A stretch of DNA of 64,000 nt, from the NCBI RefSeq assembly GCF_006345805.1, contig NC_043020.1, positions 9,238,001 through 9,302,000 on the forward strand, given 5' to 3'. Within the stretch, counting starts at the first letter, position 1, and every line of letters starts with the position of its first letter. The translations under genes and the position numbers were made by a program. Under the pieces are notes generated by a model. That model did not search any database and was not told the origin of the DNA. It saw only the letters and a program-made list of their open reading frames with translations. Positions 26,234-64,000 of the stretch are shown here, one piece after another. The stretch comes from Octopus sinensis (Eukaryota).

Positions 26234-26750
26234 TCACCCGTCATATGCAGTGAAACAAAAATCTTTAAGCTAAATTTCCTGTGATTGTGCAGCACACACA
26301 CACACAGCAGTTTGCTCCCCCCCCCCCGATCCCTGCATCACCCTGCAGCGATCTGCAATTCTCACAGACTCTACTACTGCGACAACCATTAAAACATATC
26401 AAAATATACATATTATATATATTCCAGTAAAAATCTCAAAGAGGCCTGGCACCACTTTACAATACTCTCCACCACCACCACCACCACCACCACTAAGAAC
26501 AAACACTAGACCTCCACCCGTCACCCCACCCCACCCCCTGTCTATTTACTTGAACATTAAAGGAAAAACTGGTAATTAATTTGCTGTAAAGTTTAATGTA
26601 AATTGATACAGTTGAGGGGTTTTTTCAATGTCTAAAACCAACAAATGTTCACAGATTGACTGATGGCTTAGCGGATGCTGAAGAGTTAAACACAAACGTT
26701 ATTTCTTAAACTCCATTCTTCACTTATTTCATGCACAAATATATATATAT

Positions 26751-26912
26751 GTGGCTGTGTGGTAAGTAGCTTGCTAACCAACCACATGGTTCCGGGTTCA
26801 GTCCCACTGCGTGGCATCTTGGGCAAGTGTCTTCTGCTATAGCCCCGGGCCGACCAATGCCTTGTGAGTGGATTTGGTAGACGGAAACTGAAAGAAGCCT
26901 GTCGTATATATG

Positions 26913-26947
<35 letters not shown>

Positions 26948-27164
26948 TTGTGTGTCTGTGTTTGTCCCCCTAGCATTGCTTGACAACCGATGCTGGTGTG
27001 TTTACGTCCCCGTCACTTAGCGGTTCGGCAAAAGAGACCGATAGAATAAGTACTGGGCTTACAAAGAATAAGTCCCGGGGTCGATTTGCTCGACTAAAAG
27101 CGGTGCTCCAGCATGGCCGCAGTCAAATGACTGAAAGAAGTAAAAAAGTAAAAGAGTAAAAGAG
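26751..27164 (+). mobile_element. SINE family A (young)
   Basis: Near-identical to 28238-28660 and 49086-49478. Confidence 0.88.
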
Positions 27165-27695
27165 TATATATTTATTTATTTATTTATGTGTGTGGGGGTT
27201 TGTATATACATATGTGTATATATTTATATGTATTTGTATAAGTATATGTGCGTGTGTGTGTAGATATATACATATATATGTATATCATGGATGTGCTGCC
27301 TGGGTAGGCAAGGTAGGCAGTGCCAACCCTGAATAAAACAGATCGATAGTAACATTTTCCTTTTATGGCAAAATATGAACCTAATTCAATAAAACTATGA
27401 AGGTTACTCTGGTTAATATGCATGAAATACTAAATATTTTATCCTTTTGTAGATTAGGCAGGCATACATCGCCCCTGCCTTTCAATCTCAGTATAAAAGC
27501 TAGGCATAGAACTGCTGTAGCACACGTGTTGCGTACACTCCTACAACAACATTTTCTTTATGTGCTACAAAGGCAGAAGCAAGTCTGCCTTCAACTCAGT
27601 CGCCTGTGTTTTTGTGTGTTTTACTACATAAATGTCACCAACTGCCTGCCCTGAGTAATTATTGATAGCACGAGCCTGATATATATGTATGTATA

Positions 27696-27730
<35 letters not shown>

Positions 27731-28011
27731 TTGTATATATATATATTTCTTTACTACCCACAAGGGGCTAAACACAGAGGAGACAAACAAGGACAGACAA
27801 ACGGATTAAGTCGATTACATCGACCCCTGTGTGTAACTGGTACTTAATTTATCAACCCTGAAAGGATGAAAGGCAAAGTTGACCTCGGCGGAATTTGAAC
27901 TTGGAACGTAATGACAGATGAAATACAGCTACGCATTTCGCCCAGCGTGCTAACGTTTCTGCCAGCTCACCGCCTTATATTTGTATATATATATACATGT
28001 ATGTATGTATG

Positions 28012-28087
<76 letters not shown>

Positions 28088-28237
28088 GACAGAGAGATAC
28101 CTTTGGTCACAACTGTGTATATATATCTAAGTCACAACATACAGATTCAAGTAATCTGGTTGTACAAATAAAAAATTTTCTTATAATTAAATACATTTCA
28201 TCATAATATTTCTGTCATTTATAACATTATATATATA

Positions 28238-28660
28238 GGCGCAGGAGTGGCTGTGTGGTAAGTAGCTTGCTAACCAACCACATGGTTCCGGGTTCAGTCC
28301 CACTGCGTGGCATCTTGGGCAAGTGTCTTCTGCTATAGCTCCGGGCCGACCAATGCCTTGTGAGTGGATTTGGTAGACGGAAACTGAAAGAAGCCTGTCG
28401 TATATATGTATATGTATATATATGTATGTGTGTGTATGTGTTTGTGTGTCTGTGTTTGTCCCCCTAGCATTGCTTGAGAGCCGATGCTGGTGTGTTTACG
28501 TCCCCGTCACTTAGCGGTTCGGCAAAAGAGACCGATAGAATAAGTACTGGGCTTACAAAGAATGAGTCCTGGGGTCGATTTGCTTGACTAAAGGCGGTGC
28601 TCCAGCATGGCCGCAGTCATATGACTGAAACAAGTAATAGAGTAAAAGAGAGAAAAGAGT
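28238..28660 (+). mobile_element. SINE family A (young)
   Basis: Full head, body and tail. Confidence 0.88.
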
Positions 28661-30704
28661 AATATATTGTGTGTGTGTGTAAGTCGTCTAAAAGGCCATA
28701 AGTTAGGAAACAGATGCACTCGTATATCTGTCAATCGAGTGGGTATATTATCCAAAATGTACAATATCATATGTCCATTATGACTGATCTTGCCAAGCAG
28801 TTTCACACTAGGTGTACAACGGAGTGTTAGGTAACAATCTGATTATATAACCCTATGGTCATCAGAGGTAACCGTACGGAATGAAATAAATCACCATATT
28901 TCATTCCATATCGGTTACCTCTGATGAGCATAGCATTATATAATCAGATTGTTACCTAACACTCCGTTGTACTCCTAGTGTGAAACTGATTGGCAAGATC
29001 AGCCGTGAGGGATATATAATACTGTACACTTTGCATATTACACACACACACACACACACGTATATATATAACACATACATACACATATATTTAAAGCCGT
29101 TTGTAGAAGTTTGAGGGAAACTGTTTTGTAAAAACCTTTTGTATGATTGTATGATACAACTCTTAGTCAGACATAATGTTTTATGAAAATGGTTTTTTAC
29201 CTCATGCTAGTTTTAAAAAAGCCAACAATGTTGGATCAAAATGTTTGATTAAAATGTTTGATCAAAATGTTTGATCAAAATGTTTGATCACAACTACTGA
29301 TAGTATTTTTTTCTTTCTGTCTGGTATTCACTGTGGTCAAAATTATATTTCAGGTGGACGGTATGACTAACATAAAGGACCTTGAGAAAGCCCTAGCGTA
29401 TGTACAGACCTGACTAATCTCTTAATATCATCTCTTCATATATTATCAGCTGTTGTTGTTGTTGTTGTTTAGCCCTGAGTAGACTCTGAGTAAGCAGACC
29501 TGTGACCAAAGTTACATTTCATTTGAAGAATATCTACATAGCTCTGTAGTAAGAAGCTTGCTTCCCAACCACATGGTTCTGGGTTCAGTCCCACTGTGTG
29601 ACACCTTAGGCAAGTGCCTTCTACTATAGCCTTGGATGACCAAAGCCTTGTGATTGAATTTTTTGTAGATGGAAATTGAAAGAAGCCCATTGTTTATATA
29701 CATACGTATATATGTGTGTGTGTGTCTGTGTCTTTGTTTGTCTCCCATCATCACTTGGCAACCGATGTTGGTGTGTTTACATCCCCATAACTTAGTGGTT
29801 TGCAAAAGATACTGATGGAATAAGTACTAGGCTTACAAAGAATAAGTCCGGAGGTTGATTTCTTCGCCCAAAACCCTTTAAGGTGGTGCTCCAGCATGGC
29901 CACAGTCAAATGAGTGGAACAAGGAAAAGAGTAAAAGAATAACAACAAAATGGCAGTGAGTTGGCAGACTCATTAGCGTGCTGGGCAAAATGCCAAGCTG
30001 CATTCCGTCTATCTTCGTTCTGAGTTCAAATTCCACCGAGGCCGACTTTGCCTTTGATCTTTTTGGGGATCGATAAAATGAATACCAGTTATGCACTGAG
30101 GTCGATGTAATCAACTAGTCCCCCTCCCTCCAAAAATGCTGACCTTTAGTAAAAATTTTTAACGAACATCAGTAATTAAAATGCTTGTGTCTGTTTTTTA
30201 ACTCTTTCAACTTTGATCTCTTTGTCAAATGTTCTTTTGGAATTAATCATGGATTAAAAACTTTGAGGTCTTGATGATTTGACTGTCTATTTTTGGAAAA
30301 GCATTGTAGAGTAGGTGTGAGAGGCTGGATCTGGCTGCTTTTGGGCATAAAATGGGAAGAATATTTTGCATGGATATTGCTAATTGAAATGCTAAAGCGT
30401 TAAGACAAAGCCGTGTGATCTGAGAGAGATTCATCTGTTGTTTCTAATAGATGAAATTATCATCATCATCATCATCATCATTTAATATCTGTTTTCCGTG
30501 CTGGCATGGGTTGGATGGTTTGACAGGAGCTGATAAGTCCAAGGGCTGCACCAGGCTCCAGGTGTCTCTTCTGGCCTGGTTTCTACAACTGGATTCCCAT
30601 TCTAACGAACAACCACTTTTACAGAGTGGGTGCATTTTAGGTGGCACCAGTATCAGTACTTTTTTATGTGGTACCAACACCAGTGCTTTTTACATGGTGC
30701 CAAT

Positions 30705-31102
30705 CATCATCATCATCATCATCATCGTTTAACATCCGCTTTCCATGCTAGCATGGGTTGGACGGTCCAACTGGGGTCTGGGAAGCCCGAAGGCTGCACC
30801 AGGCCCAGTCTGATCTGGCAGTGTTTCTACAGCTGGATGCCCTTCCTAACGCCAACCACTCCGAGAGTGTAGTGGGTGATTTTATGTGCCACCGACACAG
30901 GTGCCAGACGAGGCTGGCGAATGGCCACGCTCGGATGGTGTTTTTTATGTGCCACCGACACAGGTGCCAGACAAGGCTGGCAGATGGCCATGCTCGCATG
31001 GTGATTTTTATGTGCCACCGACACAGGTGCCAGATGAGGCTGGCGAACGGCCACGCTCAGATGGTGTTTTTTATGTGCCACCGACACAGGTGCCAGACGA
31101 GG
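30705..31102 (-). repeat. RTE 3'-tail repeat with an internal 63-bp tandem array (3.5 units)
   Basis: Units start at 30881, 30944, 31007 and 31070. Tail ends in (GAT)n. Confidence 0.85.
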
Positions 31103-32254
31103 CACCAATATCTACATTAAATACTCCTTGGTTGGTTTGTGAGTCTGCCTGGTTTGTTACGGTCTTCAGCAAGACTTTCACCTCTTCTTTTTCTAATAAT
31201 GTAACTTTGATGCCTAATTTTCCAAATCAAACAATTTATCTTTCTTGTATGTAACCACAAAGTTTGATCTGAATATCAGAACAAGAAGCATATTTTTTTT
31301 TTATCCTTCTGTAACTGCATTCAGTCATTAGACTGAGGCCATACTGGAGCATCACCTTTAAAAACACTTTTAGAACCGAATAAATCAAACCCAGTATCTT
31401 TGGTATTTATTTCATCATATTTATAAGATACAAAATGCCAAATAGGGATACAAAATAATCAGACATGAACACCACCAGGTATTTTTGCTTAAACGTATCA
31501 TTCATATATATACATGTATGTGTGTATTGTATATATAGAAATGTATTACACACACATACACACACGTGTGCATAGTAGAAGTCAACTCTGAGTAAGACTA
31601 TGTAAGACTATTTCCTAAACACAGTAAGTCTGTGCAAATGTCCCAAGAGTCCAAGAAGTTTCGTCGTCGTCGGGCATTGGTCGGCCCGGGGCTATAGCAG
31701 AAGACACTTGCCCAAGATGCCACGCAGTGGGACTGAACCCAGAACCATGTGGTTGGTTAGCAAGCTATTTACCACACAGCCACTCCTGCGCCTATGTAAA
31801 ACAAAATAACAAAAATATTTCAAGAACAAGAATATATAAAAATATAATCCCTGCTAAACGTGGCCTCACACAACAGGCGTTTGGTGAGAATCATGTCAGG
31901 AATATACAAGTGTCTATTGTTGAGTTTCCCACACAACGTGAGACTTTTAAAACAAAAACGCAGTGTTGCGTTTGGACAACCTCCAAAACCTGAATTTCTT
32001 GTTTGTCTGAGACCAAGTTAAATGACCTTGTCCACACATTCTGCTCACCACGCAACATGTTGGTAGTGAGAAGCAGTTGTGTAAATGTGCCCCACCTGGT
32101 GTTAGTTTAAAAGCAAGGTCACTTACATAATAACCCCGGGTCACTATTTTTAGAAGTGGCAGCCAATTTGTAAGACCAGAATTTCCAAGACTTCAAGGAT
32201 GTCATAATCTTTCCCAGTTTGACCAGTCCTAATCAAATGGACAGGTAGTGATGT

Positions 32255-32525
32255 TAGTTAGTTAGTTAGTTAGTTAATTTGGCTCAAAAGCAAATAGCAA
32301 GGCCATGTAGGGGGACATGGAGTTAAGTACAGGGTGGTGTTCATGTAAAGAGTTCAGGCCACATGAGGTCCAGGGAGGCTTGGAACAAAGCGGTCGTCGG
32401 CATCTTCACCATCTCGTCTGGCAGCTTGTTCCACGGATCCGCAACCCGGACGGAGAAAGCTCCTCTCCTTCGATTGAGATGAAATCGTCGCAGGTAGAGC
32501 TTTTCGGAATGACCCCGCAGAAAGG
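32255..32525 (-). mobile_element. 3' fragment of a second CR1-like family with (CTAA)n tail
   Basis: RGHSEKLYLRRFHLNRRRGAFSVRVADPWNKLP...LD followed by a tetranucleotide tail. Confidence 0.7.
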
Positions 32526-34754
32526 TATTGATATTGATATTGTGGCAGAAAGGTATTGATATTGAGGTATTGATGATCATCCTGAATGAGGGTGGTAGAG
32601 GGTGGGTCTGGACATGAACAGCAGTGGTGGTGGTGCTATTGGACCTGATTACTTATGCTTCATCTGGAGCAACATGGCCACACTTCTTTAAGCACCTAGG
32701 GGCTTTCTTGTGAACGTCCCATTCCTTACCGCTAGTGGGTGACTGGTAAGGAATTTTGGATGTATGTTCTTTCTACAACAACCTCTTTCAGTAATGACAC
32801 CAGACAAAAAGGAAAACTGATCTTTCTGACCAAAAGAAGATGGTAGAGTATTCTTCACAACAGATTTCGCTGATGGCTGGATATCTTCTAAACAAAACAA
32901 CTGTCGTTGTACGTACACTCCAAGATGCTAATGTTCAGCTGCTTGCAAATTATTATTATAGATTGTACACTCAGTTCAGCTAGTCATAGTTTATCCCAAA
33001 CTATAAAGTTTATTTTGATCTGGTAATGCCCACTGGTGGCATTGCCAGGTCAAGAGTCTTTTTTTACAAAGTTATCCATAATCCCAAGGCTGAAAGTTCT
33101 CCTTGTTCTCCAATGATAACACCAGTTAAACTAGAGGAAAATGCTCTTAAGTCACTGCCAGTTGCGATGAGCATCTATTAAGTGAGGGATGAACAAGTCT
33201 TGTGTATATGCATAAATCTCATAGGCCCTTCACTGAACCAGAGGATTTTCTCCCTAACACACAATCCTTAATCACAAACTGTGCCTCCATTGCTGTTATC
33301 AGCTTTTCATAACACCTGAACAACCAAGAGACATGGCCATCCATTGAGAAAAGGCCTTAAGTACAAAGTTTTCTCTCTGAATCCGGTTCTTCTCAGCCAG
33401 TTCTGTGGGGTATTTTAATTTTTTCTTTCCTGATTCCCCCTCCCCCCATCCCCCCAAACTGTAAAAGATTTTATCTAGTATTTCCATCTGTTGTTTTTTT
33501 TTTATCTCGTATTTGTTTCTGTTATTGGACTGTGGCCATGCTGGGGCACCACCTTGAAGGGTCTTGATTCAACAAATTGCTATTCCTACTACTTATTCTG
33601 TCAGTTTCTTTTGTCGAACTGCTATGTTACAGAGACATAAACAAACCAACACCAGTTGTCAAGCAGACACACTCACACACATGTTCACACACACACACAC
33701 ACAAATACACAAACACACACATACACATGCACACACAGACAGGCTTCCACACAGTTTTTATCTTTCAAATCGATATTCATTGCATTGGTCAGCCCAAGGC
33801 TACTGTCGGATGCTGTGCTGCAGGATTGAACACATACATCCGTGGTCACAAAGGAAGCTTCTTAACCACACAGCCATGTCCATACTTATTTGTAGGAAAG
33901 CTGATGTGTGTGTGTGTATTTGTGTGTCTGTGTGTTGTACTCTATATGGTTTATTGATTCTTAAGTCTGTGTTGGGTCTAATTATGTTATCTTCATTTAT
34001 TGTCATACACCATATTAGTGGTCCTAATTAATTTTCCTAATTACAAGGTTGCCTTGGTGAATTTTCCTAATCCAAATCTCTCATCTAATCCAGTATTGAT
34101 ACAAATTGATATTCATTCGTGTCTGTTTCCATTATACCTCCTACAATCAGATTCACATTTCATCATCATCATCACCATCACCATCACCATCACCATCCTC
34201 ATCACCATCATCATCATCACCATCACCATAACCATCACCATCATCATCACCGTAACCATCATCATCATCATCATTATCACCATTACCATCATCATCACCA
34301 TAACCATCACCATCATCATCATCACATCACCATCATCATCATCACCATCATAATCATCATCATCACCATAACCATCATCATCATCATCATCACCATAACC
34401 ATCACCACCATCATCATCATCATCATCATTGCTGCTGCTGTTGTTGTTGTTATTATTATTATTTAAGGTGGTGAGCTGGCAGAATTGTTAGCATGCCAGA
34501 CGAAATGCTTAGCGGTATTTTGTCCATTATTTCATTCTAAGTTCAAATTCTGCCAAGGTCAACTTTGCTTTTCATCCCTTTGGGGGTCGATAAAGCAAGT
34601 ACCAGTTAAATACCAAGGTTGATGCAATCAACAATCCCCTTCCCCTAATATTTCAGGCCTTGTGCATACAATAATTATTGTTGTTGTTGTTGTTATTGTT
34701 GTTATTAGTGTTCTTTTTATTGGTTTCAGAATCAGGCAGATCAAAAGACCGAAA

Positions 34755-62914
<28,160 letters not shown>

Positions 62915-63120
62915 GTGAGTAAATAAACCTTATCACGCCCCCCCCAAACACTCAATTATAAATCTGAGTCTGGTTGATGGAAACTGTTCAGAAGCCTGCT
63001 TTGTATATAACTAATGACTCTTACTGACTCATGATTCAATACTAAAAAACAAAAGATGTGGCCATGTGGACACAAGTTTGCTTTCCAACCACAAGTGTCC
63101 AGGTTCAGTCCTACTGAGTA

Positions 63121-63510
63121 AGGGAGGAAGCACTCCGTCGGTTACGACGACGAGGGTTCCGGTTGATCCGAATCAACGGAATAGCCTGCTCGTGAAATTA
63201 ACGTGTAAGTGGCTGAGCACTCCACAGACACATGCACCCTTAACGTAGTTCTCGGGGATATTCAGCGTGACACAGAGAGTGACAAGGCCGGCCCTTTGAA
63301 ATACAGGTACAACAGAAACAGGAAGTAAGAGTGAGAGAAAGTTGTGGTGAAAGAGTACAGCAGGGATCACCACCATCCCCTGCCGGAGCCTCGTGGAGCT
63401 TTAGGAGTTTTCGCTCAATAAACACTCACAACGCCCGGTCTGGGAATCGAAACCGCAATCCTATGACCGCGAGTCCGCTGCCCTAACCACTGGGCCATTG
63501 TGCCTCCACC
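63121..63510 (-). mobile_element. SINE family B nested in a family A SINE
   Basis: Perfect 12-bp TSD TCCTACTGAGTA at 63109-63120 and 63511-63522. Confidence 0.88.
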
Positions 63511-64000
63511 TCCTACTGAGTAGCACTTTGAGCAATTGTCTTCTATTATAATCCTGGCCTGACCAAAGCCTTGGGAGTGGATTTAGTAGAAAGAAACTTG
63601 CTGTGTGTCTGTGTGTGTCTCACCACAACCACCACCACCACCACCACCACCACCACCACCACCACCAATACCACCACCACCACTTGATAACTAGTGTTGA
63701 TTTGTCTATGTCCTTGTAAATTAGCAATTCAGCATAAAAGATCAACAAAAAATAAATCCTGGGGCAAATTCATTCAACTAAAACCTTTCAAGGTGGTGCT
63801 CCAGCATGGCTGTAGTCCAATGACTAAAACAAGTAAAAGATGAAAGACAAAAGATTAACAGGATCTGAACTCAGAACATAAAGGGTCGAAAGTAAACATC
63901 ACTCACCATTTTGTCTGCCATTCCATGTACTCTGTGTAAAACATTTGATAAAGCTAATTAAAACCAGCAACATCTGTAATTGTGGCTTCTGTTTCTTGTT

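Noticed and set aside
30881-31102. Regularly spaced repeats resembling a CRISPR array
   Set aside because: They are head-to-tail 63-bp tandem units with no unique spacers, in a eukaryotic LINE tail with no cas genes.
32600-33300. Unique-looking block upstream of the gene
   Set aside because: No convincing ORF, splice pair or structure was found by eye, so it is left unannotated.
34662-34754. N-terminal extension MHTIIIVVVV of the ORF-track call
   Set aside because: It is intronic (TTG)n and polypyrimidine sequence upstream of the acceptor at 34729. The first in-exon ATG is 34755.

Overview
Repeat-dense eukaryotic (animal) genomic DNA. The SINE families and extreme microsatellite density suggest a coleoid cephalopod such as octopus (inference). 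One host gene is well supported: a + strand gene with 12 coding exons in the window (34755-62914, 467 codons, all GT-AG, all intron phases consistent, continuing past the window end). It encodes a tubulin-tyrosine-ligase-like ATP-grasp protein with an N-terminal membrane anchor (ttll-15-like). The rest is transposon-derived or simple repeat: CR1, RTE and Tx1/L1 LINE remnants, two decayed Tc1 elements, hAT/pogo/Tc1 MITEs, a non-autonomous Helitron, two solo LTRs, at least three tRNA-derived SINE families and a tRNA-Pro(TGG) copy fused to a SINE tail. The most unusual signal is about ten dispersed type I hammerhead-ribozyme-like motifs from several unrelated sequence families. Many sit in long fold-back hairpins, as described for Penelope-like elements, and one has an A3-U8 core instead of C3-G8. 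Nearly all ORFs in the supplied track are microsatellite artefacts. All alignments and folds were done by eye.
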